64,000 bases of DNA from Acidobacteriota bacterium (GCA_022826825.1 JAJDUD010000024.1:163084-227083); one strand, 5' to 3'. Counted from the first letter of the stretch, positions 1 through 9,048 are shown. Numbers and translations are program-made. Notes: a model not told the origin generated them from the letters alone.

Positions 1-2
1 GT

Positions 3-749
3 TCCTTCGCGTGGGGAATCGCCCGCTCCGCGGCGCGCGAGGGCGCGGCGCTTGCCCTCAGCTTCCAGAACGAGCGGCTCCGGCGCAACGTGGACAAGCT
101 GGCGGCGCAGATCCCGGGCACCGTGACCCTGCCGCTCGACGTCTCGAGCGAGGAGCAGCTCGAAAGCGCCGCCGAGACCGTCCGCGAGCACTTCGGGGGG
201 CTGGACTTCGTGGTCCACGCCGTCGCCTACGCCCTGCGGGAGGACCTCGAGGGCGACTTCGTCTCCACCTCCCGGGAGGGATTCCGGGTGGCGCACGACA
301 TCTCGGTCTACTCGCTGACCGCGCTCGTCCGTCAGTTCGCGCCGCTCCTCGAGGCGGACGGCGGCGGTGCGGCACTCACGCTGAGCTACCTGGGCGGCGA
401 GCGCGCCGTGCCTCACTACAACGTGATGGGGGTCGCGAAGGCGGCGCTCGAGTCTTCCGTCCGCTACCTGGCCTCCGACCTGGGTCCGCGAGGGGTGCGG
501 GTGAACGCGATTTCGGCCGGTCCGGCGAAGACGCTCGCGGCGTCCGGGGTCTCGGGCATCGGCAAGATGGTGGAGCACTACCGCGAACACGCGCCGCTCC
601 GCGCCGGAACCGATCCGCTGGAGGTGGGGGATGCAGCGGCGTTCCTGCTGTCCGACGCCGCGCGGGGGGTCACCGGGGAGGTGCTCCACGTGGACAGCGG
701 GTTCCACGCGCTGGGCGCGACGATTCCCGGGCTGGCCGCGGCCGGCTGA
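3..749 (+). CDS. fabI: enoyl-[acyl-carrier-protein] reductase FabI (5' end outside window)
   Basis: Frame is open from base 3 (SFAWGIARSAAREGA...) and continuous with track ORF 90..749. SDR-type Y-x6-K (YNVMGVAKAAL) and the HVDSGFH C-terminus are typical of FabI. Confidence 0.85.
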   Translation, partial: SFAWGIARSAAREGAALALSFQNERLRRNVDKLAAQIPGTVTLPLDVSSEEQLESAAETVREHFGGLDFVVHAVAYALREDLEGDFVSTSREGFRVAHDISVYSLTALVRQFAPLLEADGGGAALTLSYLGGERAVPHYNVMGVAKAALESSVRYLASDLGPRGVRVNAISAGPAKTLAASGVSGIGKMVEHYREHAPLRAGTDPLEVGDAAAFLLSDAARGVTGEVLHVDSGFHALGATIPGLAAAG

Positions 750-761
750 GGAGCAGGCGCG

Positions 762-2057
762 ATGTCGGAATCGAACCGGAGCACCGAAGAGCAGGGAGAG
801 CCGCGATTTTCGTCGGGGAACGGCGACGTTCCCGCCGCGGACGCCCTCATCTACGACTGGAACCGGCCGGACCCCGCCCGCGCCTGGTTCCCTCCGAAAC
901 CGGTTCGGCTGAACGACGAGACGCTCCGCGACGGGCTCCAGAGCCCGTCGGTGACCTCCCCGACGCTCGAGAAGAAGGCCGAGGTGCTCCACCTCATGGA
1001 GTCGCTCGGCATCGACTCGGCGGACATCGGACTCCCCGCCGCCGGCCCGCACGTGGAGGAGCAGGTGCTCCACCTCGCCCGGGAAATCGCGGACAACCGG
1101 ATGCGGATCCGCCCGAACTGCGCGGCGCGGACGGTGATCTCGGACATCGAGCCGATCGCGCGGGTGGCCGACGCGGTCGGCATGCCGATCGAGGTGGCCA
1201 TGTTCATCGGGTCGAGCCCGATCCGCCAGTACGCCGAGGACTGGGACCTCGATCTGCTGCTCGGCCACACCGAAAGGGCCGTGAAGTGGGCGGTCGCCCA
1301 CGGCGTGCCGCCGATGTACGTGACCGAGGACACCACGAGGGCGCGCCCCGAGAGCGTCCGCCGGCTCTACACCGTCGCGATCGAGTCGGGCGCCCGGCGG
1401 GTGGTCGTCTGCGACACCGTGGGGCACGCCACCCCCGACGGCGTCACGAGGCTCCTGCAGTTCGTCCGGGAGGTCATCGCCGACACCGGGGAGGAGGTGC
1501 AGCTCGACTGGCACGGGCACCGGGACCGCGGGCTGTCCGTCCCGAACAGCCTGACCGCGATCGAGGCCGGCGCCGACTGCGTCCATGGCACGGCGATCGG
1601 CATCGGGGAACGCTGCGGCAACACCCCCATGGACCAGTTGCTCGTGAACCTGCGGCTGCTCGGCTGGATCGACAACGACCTCACCCACCTCGCGGACTAC
1701 TGCCGCACGGTCTCCGAGGCGACGGGAACGCGGATCCCGGCCGGCTATCCGGTGGTCGGCAAGGACGCGTTCCGGACCGGGACCGGCGTCCACGCCGCCG
1801 CCATCATCAAGGCGATGGCGAAGGGCGACGACTGGCTGGCCGACCGCGTCTATTCCGGGGTCCCGGCCGGGGACTACGGCCTGCACCAGAGGGTGGAAGT
1901 GGGACCGATGAGCGGCCTCTCGAACGTCATCTACTGGCTCGAACAACACGGCCACGAGCCGACCGACGAGCTGAAGCACCGGATCTTCCGCGCCGCCAAG
2001 GAGGCGCGGCGGCTGCTCACCGACGACGAGATCGAGGCGTTGATCACTTCGGGCTGA
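762..2057 (+). CDS. 2-isopropylmalate/homocitrate synthase family protein (HMGL-like TIM barrel), short form without a LeuA regulatory domain
   Basis: Track ORF of 431 aa. LNDETLRDGLQSP substrate/metal motif, HGHRDRGL and GIGERCGN motifs of the DRE-TIM aldolase (LeuA/NifV/CimA) family. Confidence 0.8.
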   Translation: MSESNRSTEEQGEPRFSSGNGDVPAADALIYDWNRPDPARAWFPPKPVRLNDETLRDGLQSPSVTSPTLEKKAEVLHLMESLGIDSADIGLPAAGPHVEEQVLHLAREIADNRMRIRPNCAARTVISDIEPIARVADAVGMPIEVAMFIGSSPIRQYAEDWDLDLLLGHTERAVKWAVAHGVPPMYVTEDTTRARPESVRRLYTVAIESGARRVVVCDTVGHATPDGVTRLLQFVREVIADTGEEVQLDWHGHRDRGLSVPNSLTAIEAGADCVHGTAIGIGERCGNTPMDQLLVNLRLLGWIDNDLTHLADYCRTVSEATGTRIPAGYPVVGKDAFRTGTGVHAAAIIKAMAKGDDWLADRVYSGVPAGDYGLHQRVEVGPMSGLSNVIYWLEQHGHEPTDELKHRIFRAAKEARRLLTDDEIEALITSG

Positions 2058-2179
2058 CCCTGGACGGCCACCCGCCGGCCTGGAACGCCGGCTTCAGCCG
2101 GCACGCGCGGCGCTGCGCGCCGCGTACGTCGCAACGCCACCCATTCCTCACCGCACCTGTGGCGGGCCGCGCAACCGGA

Positions 2180-2435
2180 ACATGTCGCAGTAGCGAATCC
2201 GGCCGGCCAGTCACATGTCGCAGTAGCGGGTCCGGCGGGAGGCACATGTCGCTGGAGTCGGATCGGCTGGCAGGTCACATGTCGCAGTAGGTGGTCCTGG
2301 GGGATGCACATGTCGCTGAGGCGGGGTCTGCGGGCCGGGTACATGTCGCAGTAGGCGGTTCTGGGGGAGACACATGTCGCTGAGGCGGGCTCGGTTGAGG
2401 GTTCACATGTCGCAGTAGCGGGTCCTGTGGGAGGC
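2180..2435. repeat. Tandem array of 8 units (alternating about 33 and 31 bp), each starting ACATGTCGC(AGTAG/TGAGG/TGGAG)
   Basis: Motif starts at 2180, 2213, 2244, 2277, 2308, 2341, 2372 and 2405. Units with CAGTAG alternate with units with CTGAGG/CTGGAG, giving about four 64-bp super-units. It lies in a convergent intergenic gap. Confidence 0.9.
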
Positions 2436-2465
2436 AGAGGCGGAATCCCATGCGACCTGACGGCG

Positions 2466-2722
2466 GAGACGGCTTGGAGCGCCGACCTCCGGTCGGCACC
2501 GCCCGCCGGAGGCGGGCGAACGCGTCCTTGCCGCGCGCGGGGTTGGCACGACGCGGGCTGCCAGCGCCATCTGGTCCCGGGGCGGTACGTGGTTGCGGCC
2601 CTCCGGGCCGCGTGCCGGCCGGAGGCCGGCGTTCCAAGCCGTGTGCGCCATGCGGCGCGACCGTGTTGCGCCGCGTGCGGCCCTGCGGGGCGCGTGCCGG
2701 CCGGAGGCCGGCGGTCCCGGCC
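2466..2722. repeat. MITE/REP-like palindromic element, family A, plus an extra terminal half-copy
   Basis: Left end GAGACGGCTTGGAGCGCCGACCTCCGGTCGGCAC (2466-2499) and inverted right end GTGCCGGCCGGAGGCCGGCGTTCCAAGCC (to 2640). A second right-end-like copy sits at about 2691-2722. Homologous copies occur at 8.8, 17.5 and 62.5 kb. Confidence 0.75.
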
Positions 2723-2728
2723 GGTGCG

Positions 2729-3607
2729 TCAGCGCTGCGCGAGGACGGTGGCCACCCCTTCGTGGATGAGGCGGGCGGCGAGGATGAGGGTGCGGTTGTC
2801 CCGGTCGTCGGGACAGGCTTCCACGACGTCCATCCCCGCGAGCCGGTGGCGGGCGCCGATTTCCTTGACCAGTTGAAGCCCGGCCCGGCCCGACAGCCCG
2901 GCCGGCACGGGGTGGGCCACCGCCGGCGCGAAGGCCGGGTCGAAGCCGTCCATGTCCACCGTCAGGTAGACCGGCGCGCCCGCGGGCAGGTGGGACAGGA
3001 GGGCCCCCCGGTTCTCCGCCTCCCACGCCGGAATCTGGACGACGCGCCCGCCCGCCGACTCCCGGACTCCGCGCTGCACCGCGGTTTCGGTGCGGATCCC
3101 GATCTGGGTGATCGTCGCCACGTGCGGCATCTCGAGGAGACGCGCCGCGACGCACGCGTGGGAGTCCGGGTTGCCCTCGAAGTCGGGGTACATGTCGGGG
3201 TGGGCGTCCCACTGCACCACGTGGAGGGGACCCCGCCCCGCGTAGGCGGCCACCAGGGCTGGCGTGATCGCGTGGTCGCCGCCCAGGATGAAGGGCGTCC
3301 GGCCCCGTGCGAGCTCCGCCGCGACCGCGGCGGTGTAGCGGGCGGCGCTGTCCCGGAAATCGCCCGCCGCCGGGTCGAGGTCGCCGAGGTCCCGGACGCT
3401 GCCGGCGCAGTCCACGCCCGTCTCCGAAACCGCGTTGTAGCAGGCCCCGTCGTAGGCCCGCCGGATGGCGGGCGGCGCTTCGGCGCAGCGGTCCCGGTAG
3501 GTGGACTGGGTGGCGTCAATGACGCCGAGCAGCGAGGCGGGGGCCCGCTCGACGTCCGCACCGGACGCGAGCAGTCCTCCGAAAGGGATTCCGGCGGGTT
3601 CGAGCAC
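2729..3607 (-). CDS. agmatinase/arginase (ureohydrolase) family protein
   Basis: Track ORF of 292 aa. Mn-binding motifs GGDHAIT, DAHPD and DMDGFDP are characteristic of the arginase/agmatinase family. Confidence 0.85.
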   Translation of the reverse strand: MLEPAGIPFGGLLASGADVERAPASLLGVIDATQSTYRDRCAEAPPAIRRAYDGACYNAVSETGVDCAGSVRDLGDLDPAAGDFRDSAARYTAAVAAELARGRTPFILGGDHAITPALVAAYAGRGPLHVVQWDAHPDMYPDFEGNPDSHACVAARLLEMPHVATITQIGIRTETAVQRGVRESAGGRVVQIPAWEAENRGALLSHLPAGAPVYLTVDMDGFDPAFAPAVAHPVPAGLSGRAGLQLVKEIGARHRLAGMDVVEACPDDRDNRTLILAARLIHEGVATVLAQR

Positions 3608-3648
3608 GCCGGTATGTTCGCAGCAGTCCGGCTTAAGCTCCCCGGACG

Positions 3649-5145
3649 ATGCCCGCCCCGCCGCGTCCCGCGGTCTCCGTGATGCTCACCCGCGGGGAGA
3701 CAGTGCTCCTCGTGCGGCGCTCGCCGCGGCTCCGGGCCTTCGCGAACCTGTGGGCCTTCCCCGGCGGGACGGTGTCGGCGGGGGACTCGGCGATCCCCGT
3801 GAACGGCGCCCCGGATGCGGAAACCGCGGCGCGGGTCGCGGCCGGGGTGCGCGAGGTCTTCGAGGAGACCGGGGTGTTCCTCGGAACGGCCGGACGGGCC
3901 GTTGGGCCTGCCGCGACGGATGACCTGCGCCGGCGGCTGCTCGCGGGCGAGATTGGACTCCGGGAGGTCCTCGAAGGGTTCGACGCGGAAGTCGAGGCGC
4001 CGCGCTTCTGCGAGGTCGAGGCGCTGACCACGCCCGAATCGGCGCCGTATCGCTTCGACACGCGCTTTTTCCGGTTGCCGCTGCCCGACGGCGCCGAGCC
4101 GTCGGTCTGGCCGGGCGAGATCGTGGACCAGGCCATGCTCGCCCCGGAGACGGCGCTCGCCCGCTGGCGCCATGGCGCGATGGCGCTCGCTCCGCCCATC
4201 CTCGGACTCCTCGAACGCTGGTCTCCGGACGACGCGGTTTTCCGGGCCCGCAACCGGGACGAGGGGCGGCTGCCGCCGGCGGTCCGCTATTCCCCCGGCA
4301 TCGCGGTCATCCCGTGCCGGACGCGGACCCTGCCGCCGGCGACGCACACGAACGCGGTGCTGGTCGGAACCTCGGACCGCTACCTGGTGGATCCCGCGGC
4401 CGAAACGCCGGCCGAGCGGGCGATGCTGTTCGGAATGGTGGACCGGCTGCTCGGGCCCAGCGACCGCCTGGCCGGGGTCCTCGTCACCCACCACCATCCC
4501 GATCACATCGGCTCGGTGGCCGCGGCCGCGTCGCGCTACGGGGTCCCGGTGGGGGCGCATCCGGAGACGTTCGCCCGGATCCCCCCGGCGCCCGGCGAGG
4601 CGAGGCCGCTCGCCGAGGGGGACTCGCTGGACCTCGGGGAGGCGCCCGACGGGTCGCCGGGCTGGAGGCTCGACGTGCGGTTCGTGCCGGGCCACGCGCC
4701 GGGCCACCTCGCCTTCGTGGAGAGCCGCTACGGGGCGATGGTGGCGGGGGACATGGTGTCCTCGCTCTCCTCCATCCTCATTTCGCCGGAGGACGGGGAC
4801 CTCGGGCACTACATGGAGTCCCTGCGGCGGCTCGCCGCCGAGTGCCGGGGGATCGTCTATCCGGGCCACGGCGTGCCGGTGGTCGCGGGCGCCGACCTGC
4901 TCCGGAGCCAGGTGCGGCACCGGGAAGCCCGGGAAAGGAGCCTGCTGGAAGCTCTCGACACCAAGCCCGCGGCGCTCGCGACGATCGGACTCCGGGTCTA
5001 TCCGACGAGCGAGGTCCCGCGCCGGGGGCCGGTACGCCGGCTGGCGGAGGTCGCGCTGACCTCGGGCCTGCTGAAGCTCGAACGCGAGGGCCGCGCGCGG
5101 CAGCGCGGCGGGAAGTGGTCCGTATCCGGAGGCGCTACCGCCTGA
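3649..5145 (+). CDS. NUDIX hydrolase / MBL-fold metallo-hydrolase fusion protein
   Basis: Track ORF of 498 aa. N-terminal Nudix-box-like GG...REVFEETGV. C-terminal metallo-beta-lactamase motif THHHPDHIG and later PGHAPGH. Confidence 0.75.
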   Translation: MPAPPRPAVSVMLTRGETVLLVRRSPRLRAFANLWAFPGGTVSAGDSAIPVNGAPDAETAARVAAGVREVFEETGVFLGTAGRAVGPAATDDLRRRLLAGEIGLREVLEGFDAEVEAPRFCEVEALTTPESAPYRFDTRFFRLPLPDGAEPSVWPGEIVDQAMLAPETALARWRHGAMALAPPILGLLERWSPDDAVFRARNRDEGRLPPAVRYSPGIAVIPCRTRTLPPATHTNAVLVGTSDRYLVDPAAETPAERAMLFGMVDRLLGPSDRLAGVLVTHHHPDHIGSVAAAASRYGVPVGAHPETFARIPPAPGEARPLAEGDSLDLGEAPDGSPGWRLDVRFVPGHAPGHLAFVESRYGAMVAGDMVSSLSSILISPEDGDLGHYMESLRRLAAECRGIVYPGHGVPVVAGADLLRSQVRHREARERSLLEALDTKPAALATIGLRVYPTSEVPRRGPVRRLAEVALTSGLLKLEREGRARQRGGKWSVSGGATA

Positions 5146-5157
5146 ACGACGGCGCGG

Positions 5158-5592
5158 TCACGCCACCGGCGGGGGAACCATCCAGCGCAGGTTCGGAAAG
5201 CGTCCGAAGCCGCGGTCGAAGCTCACGACCGTGGCGCCGTGGCAGATGGCCAGCGCCGCCAGATGGGCGTCACTGGTCAGGTTCCCGGCCGTTCCTGCTT
5301 CCCCGAGCAGCCCCAGGAGGCACTCGGAGTGGCCATCGGTCTCGCGGACGATGCGCACGCAGGGCTGGGCGAGCCAACTCCTGACTTCGGAAGCAGCCTG
5401 TGGAAACGAGAGGCTTCGGTCCAGGATCCCGCGCTTGGTGCTCAGCCGCAGGAACGCGAGCAGGGTCACCCACGCCAGCCCCACGGCTTCGTCCCCCGAC
5501 AGGGCTGCTTCCCACCACGCATGGGCGGGGCGGTGGTGCACGGCGCTGCGGTTCGCGGCGTAGAGAAGAACGTTCGCATCGACCAGCTTCAC
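5158..5592 (-). CDS. vapC: PIN-domain toxin VapC
   Basis: 144 aa. MKLVDANVLLYA N-terminus (first acidic PIN residue) and later SDAHLAA. There is a 4-nt overlap with the upstream antitoxin gene. Confidence 0.85.
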   Translation of the reverse strand: MKLVDANVLLYAANRSAVHHRPAHAWWEAALSGDEAVGLAWVTLLAFLRLSTKRGILDRSLSFPQAASEVRSWLAQPCVRIVRETDGHSECLLGLLGEAGTAGNLTSDAHLAALAICHGATVVSFDRGFGRFPNLRWMVPPPVA

Positions 5593-5852
5593 CGCCCCTG
5601 CTCCATCTTGCGCAGCATCTCCTCGTCTTCCAGCTCGGCCGCGAGTTGCAGCGCCTTGGTGAGGTCCACCCGGGGAACGCCCATGTCATACGTCTTCTGT
5701 CGATACCGACGCCGGCGGCGCGGTTTCGAGATCTGCGCCAGGCCGGCGCGCAGCACCTCCGTCACGGTGGCGGTGAGGGAGGTCTTCCGGGAGCGACTCA
5801 GCTCCTTCAAGTCGTGGAGGACGTCATCGGCGATGTTCACGGTCGTGCGCAT
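5589..5852 (-). CDS. vapB: VapB-type antitoxin
   Basis: 87 aa. MRTTVNIADDVL... matches the VapB antitoxin N-terminus, and it is translationally coupled to vapC. Confidence 0.8.
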   Translation of the reverse strand: MRTTVNIADDVLHDLKELSRSRKTSLTATVTEVLRAGLAQISKPRRRRRYRQKTYDMGVPRVDLTKALQLAAELEDEEMLRKMEQGR

Positions 5853-5909
5853 GGCAACATCGTAGCATCATTCGAATAGCATCAACACATCGTCCTGCGG
5901 ACGAGAGGA

Positions 5910-7223
5910 TCATTCGCCGGCGCTGCCGGGGACGGTGTTCCCGGCCACCAGGACCCGCTCGATGGACCGGAGGTTCGCGATGTCCTCGAGCGGGCTCTCG
6001 CTCAGCACGAGGAAGTCGGCCCAGTTGCCGGCGGTCAGGGTCCCGACGCCATCGAGGGCGAGACAGGCCGCCGCGTCGCGCGTCGCCGACACCAGGATCT
6101 GCTCGGCGGTGAGTCCGGCCTCGGCCATCTCGCCTGCCTCGATGTGCTCGAAATAGCCCTGGAAGCGGCCCGGCGGCCCGGTGTCGGTGCCGAACGCGAT
6201 CGTGACTCCCGCGTCGGCCACCGCCTTCGTGTTCGCCATCGCGATGGGGTAGTGCTCGCGGTATCCCTGCGCCGAACGGCTGTTCGCCACCCGCTCCATG
6301 CGCTCGGGATCCTTGAGCTGTTCCAGTACCGCGGGATCGGCCTCCTTCAGGAAGAACGGGTCGTCGAAGAACTCCGGCACGTCGGCATAGACGTAGGTGG
6401 AGATCTCCCGCACCAGGGTGGGGACGTAACAGACGTCGTTCTCCTTCATCAGCTCGAGGAATTCCTCGTCCACCGGCTGGTCCCGCACGCTGTGGGCGAT
6501 GAGACCGGAGCCGGCCCGCAGCACTTCCTTGGCGTCGTCGAGATAGAAGATGTGGGTGGTCACCTGCTTGCCGGCCTCCCGCCCGAGCTCCATCACCTTC
6601 TCGATGGTCTCCGAGGAGACCCGCTCGTTCGCGCCGAGGTTGGTGTCCACCCGCATCTTCAGGAAGTCGGCGGGGAGCGCGAGGCTCCGGGCCACCGATT
6701 CCGCGGCTTCTTCGGGGGTGCCGCTCGAAATGACCTCGCCGGCGATCCAGATCCGGGCGCGGTCGAGACTGTCGTCCTGCTCCACGCGCAGTTGGGCTGC
6801 CTCGGCGCCGTCACCGCCCAGCGAGGCGATGCTGGTGACCCCGTAACGGGCGTAGAGGCCGAGCTGGCGGATCAGGTTCTCCCGGGTGTAGTGGCCCGTC
6901 TCGAGACCCATGACGTCGCCGGCGTGGGCGTGCGCGTTGATCAACCCGGGGATGACCGTCTTGCCGGCGAGGTCTTCCACGGCGGCGCCGGGCGGGACAT
7001 CCACTTCGTCGGCCGGTCCCACGGCCGCGATGCGTCCGTGGTCCACGACCATCACCGCGTTCTCGACGGCGGCGCTTCCGGTGCCGTCCCACAGGGTGGC
7101 GCCCGTGAACGCGGTCACCCCGGGCAGCGGCGGGGGTTCGGAAGCGCATGCGGCGAGGACCGCAAGGGCCGCGAGCGCGCCGGGAAACACGAGGAACGGC
7201 TGCCTGAGGGAACGGGTGGACAT
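5910..7223 (-). CDS. secreted/lipoprotein amidohydrolase family protein
   Basis: Track ORF 5910..7292. I prefer the internal ATG at 7223, which gives MSTRS...LAALAVLAACAS (signal/lipobox-like). INAHAH metal-binding motif of the amidohydrolase superfamily. Confidence 0.75.
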   Translation of the reverse strand: MSTRSLRQPFLVFPGALAALAVLAACASEPPPLPGVTAFTGATLWDGTGSAAVENAVMVVDHGRIAAVGPADEVDVPPGAAVEDLAGKTVIPGLINAHAHAGDVMGLETGHYTRENLIRQLGLYARYGVTSIASLGGDGAEAAQLRVEQDDSLDRARIWIAGEVISSGTPEEAAESVARSLALPADFLKMRVDTNLGANERVSSETIEKVMELGREAGKQVTTHIFYLDDAKEVLRAGSGLIAHSVRDQPVDEEFLELMKENDVCYVPTLVREISTYVYADVPEFFDDPFFLKEADPAVLEQLKDPERMERVANSRSAQGYREHYPIAMANTKAVADAGVTIAFGTDTGPPGRFQGYFEHIEAGEMAEAGLTAEQILVSATRDAAACLALDGVGTLTAGNWADFLVLSESPLEDIANLRSIERVLVAGNTVPGSAGE

Positions 7224-7288
7224 GGGTCGGCCTCCGGAACGCCCGAGCATATCCGGGCGGAGTAGGGGCTGCGACGCGCTTTGGCGCC

Positions 7289-7702
7289 TCACGCGCCGAG
7301 CACGTGGGGAGCGACCCGCCCAACGACGAAGCGGGCCGCGGCGCGGGCCTCGTCCGCGTCCTGCACCCGGTAGAACTCCGACGGCACGAGGTCGTCGGCG
7401 CCATCGAAGGCGAGTTCCCGGTCCCGCCGCAGGTCGCGGGAGACGGCGGCCAGGCGGGGGAGGTCAGGGGAAAGCGAGGATGGCAAGCGGTCGCGTTCGG
7501 CCTCGAGGACGCCCGCGACGTCGTGGACCCGCGGGGGGGCCACCCCCGAGGCGCGCAGCAGGCCCTTCAGTGCCAGCTCGACCGCCTCCTGCGATTCGCG
7601 GACGACATCAGCCCAACTCTCCGCGTCGTACAGCGCATCCAGTGCGGTGAGCCGGGCGGTCGCGCGGCGCAGGTGGTCGACGGCGAGGGATCGGTTCCGC
7701 AT
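7289..7702 (-). CDS. HEPN domain protein (toxin partner of the MNT gene)
   Basis: Internal ATG at 7702 (MRNRSLAVDHLRRA...) overlaps the stop of the upstream gene (ATGA). All-helical HEPN-like sequence. The upstream part of the track ORF overlaps the MNT gene in another frame. Confidence 0.7.
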   Translation of the reverse strand: MRNRSLAVDHLRRATARLTALDALYDAESWADVVRESQEAVELALKGLLRASGVAPPRVHDVAGVLEAERDRLPSSLSPDLPRLAAVSRDLRRDRELAFDGADDLVPSEFYRVQDADEARAAARFVVGRVAPHVLGA

Positions 7703-8268
7703 CAGGACACCGCCGCCTCGGTCCAGTAGGGCTGGCCGTGCGCGGTACGGCGGCGCAGCCGGCCGTCCGCAATCGCCCCGCGGACCCGGGCCAGATGGGC
7801 GCCGAGGTCGCCGTCGCGGTCCAAGACGGTCAGCCCGTGCGTCGCGATCTCGGCCCAGAGCCCACTCCATCCGGTGTCCACGGGCAGGTGGACGAAATGG
7901 GGGTCCACCGGACGATGGCTCCAGGTGACGGAGTGCTCGTCCCACTGGCGGTAGAGCGAACGGCGCAGCGGCACCGTGCGATCCACCACGATCACCGCGT
8001 CCACGTCGGACCCGGAGGCGGCGTCACCGCGGACCCAGGACCCGTGCAGCACGACGGCGGCGAGCGCGTCCCCAACCACCGCGGCCGCCCGGGACACGAG
8101 CGCCGCCGCATCGTCGTGGACGACGCTCCCGGTCACGAGCCGCCGCACGCAGTACTCGTTGAGCGACAACCCCGCCGCCCGCGCCGCGGAGCGGAGCGTG
8201 TCGTGCAGGGCGGGCGGCATGCGAAGCAGGAAACGACCCGATCCCGGTACCTCTGGATGTGGTCTCAT
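7702..8268 (-). CDS. nucleotidyltransferase (MNT) domain protein with N-terminal ribbon-helix-helix/HicB-like segment
   Basis: 188 aa. RMPPALHDTLRSAARAAGLSLNEYCVRRL (RHH-like), then LHGSWVRGDAASGSDVDAVIV (GS-x-D-x-D minimal nucleotidyltransferase motif). Confidence 0.75.
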   Translation of the reverse strand: MRPHPEVPGSGRFLLRMPPALHDTLRSAARAAGLSLNEYCVRRLVTGSVVHDDAAALVSRAAAVVGDALAAVVLHGSWVRGDAASGSDVDAVIVVDRTVPLRRSLYRQWDEHSVTWSHRPVDPHFVHLPVDTGWSGLWAEIATHGLTVLDRDGDLGAHLARVRGAIADGRLRRRTAHGQPYWTEAAVS

Positions 8269-8431
8269 GCTTCCTGCCAGGTGATATCAACAGAACAGGA
8301 TCCATGCTATCACCGGCGCTCTGGATTCCGGCGAACGCACTGGGCGGACCCGTTGCTGCCGGAAAGTGACGTGGTCTCGTCGCTCTCACAATGCGGTCCC
8401 GCCGGATGACGGGTACGGCTGGGAACGCCGG

Positions 8432-8965
8432 CCCCCACCGGGAGAAACAACCATGCGCGCGTCCTCCTACGCACCCCGCCGGGCATGAAAACGGTGCAGC
8501 GGCCAGGAGCGCCGGTCTTCAGACCGGCATCGCGGCCGCAGGCCGCGAAACTCCCGGCGCCATCGAGCCACATTGCGGGGACTTGAAACGAAGACGGTGA
8601 AAGCGGAGTAGGCGCGCGCAGTTGTCGTCGCGCCGTTCCCTTTGACGGGGGCGCCATGCGGCGAAAGGAAGCCCAGGAGTTTCGCCCGCTGCGCGGGCGA
8701 TGCCGGTCTGAAGACCGGCGCTCCTAGCGCTGCTCGCCGTCCCCGTCATCGGGCGGGTTGCATTTTCACAGCAACTGGCCTCTGGTCGGCACAGTGGGCC
8801 GGAGGCCGGCGGGCGAGGTGCCGCTATTCGCCTTTGGGCGAGCGAGGTCCGGGAGTGTCCCCTACGCCCGGTTTGCAGCGCGAGAACCATCCTGCAGCTC
8901 GGCGCCGTGCCGTGCGCTGCGCGGTCGCGCAGCACGGTGCCGGCCGGAGGCCGGCGTTCCCAGCC
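8432..8965. repeat. Composite cluster of three MITE/REP-like modules (C, B, A)
   Basis: Module C at 8432-8492 (CCCCCACCGGGAGAAAC...GGGCATGAAAAC). Family B at 8506-8724, with long inverted ends GGAGCGCCGGTCTTCAGACCGGCATCGC / GCGATGCCGGTCTGAAGACCGGCGCTCC. Partial family A at 8777-8965, ending GTGCCGGCCGGAGGCCGGCGTTCCCAGCC. Confidence 0.8.
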
Positions 8966-9048
8966 GGTACGCCGCCGCGCGAAGCGGAGGCTTGTGCGCT
9001 CTCCGCGCTCATACCGGTTCCACCGCGGACTGCTAGCGTTCCGGACCC

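Noticed and set aside
11-2290. 759-aa ORF spanning fabI and the leuA-like gene
   Set aside because: It is an alternative frame of two well-supported genes and its sequence is Arg/Gly/Pro-rich junk. The same reasoning applies to 2962..4920, 2450..3682, 19046..22072, 22012..23838, 23232..25310, 26150..27883, 27552..28985, 28931..30229, 30226..31590, 31602..33104, 34500..36590, 37603..39432, 38783..40324, 41015..42289, 42779..44227, 45408..47285, 47038..48528, 49835..53047, 53817..55682, 57041..58903, 60473..62422 and 62433..63992.
2180-2435. Possible CRISPR array
   Set aside because: The conserved part of each unit is only about 14 nt. The spacers are about 17-19 nt and resemble each other (GC-rich, GGGTCC/GGGGG patterns). 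The units alternate in two types. No cas genes are nearby.
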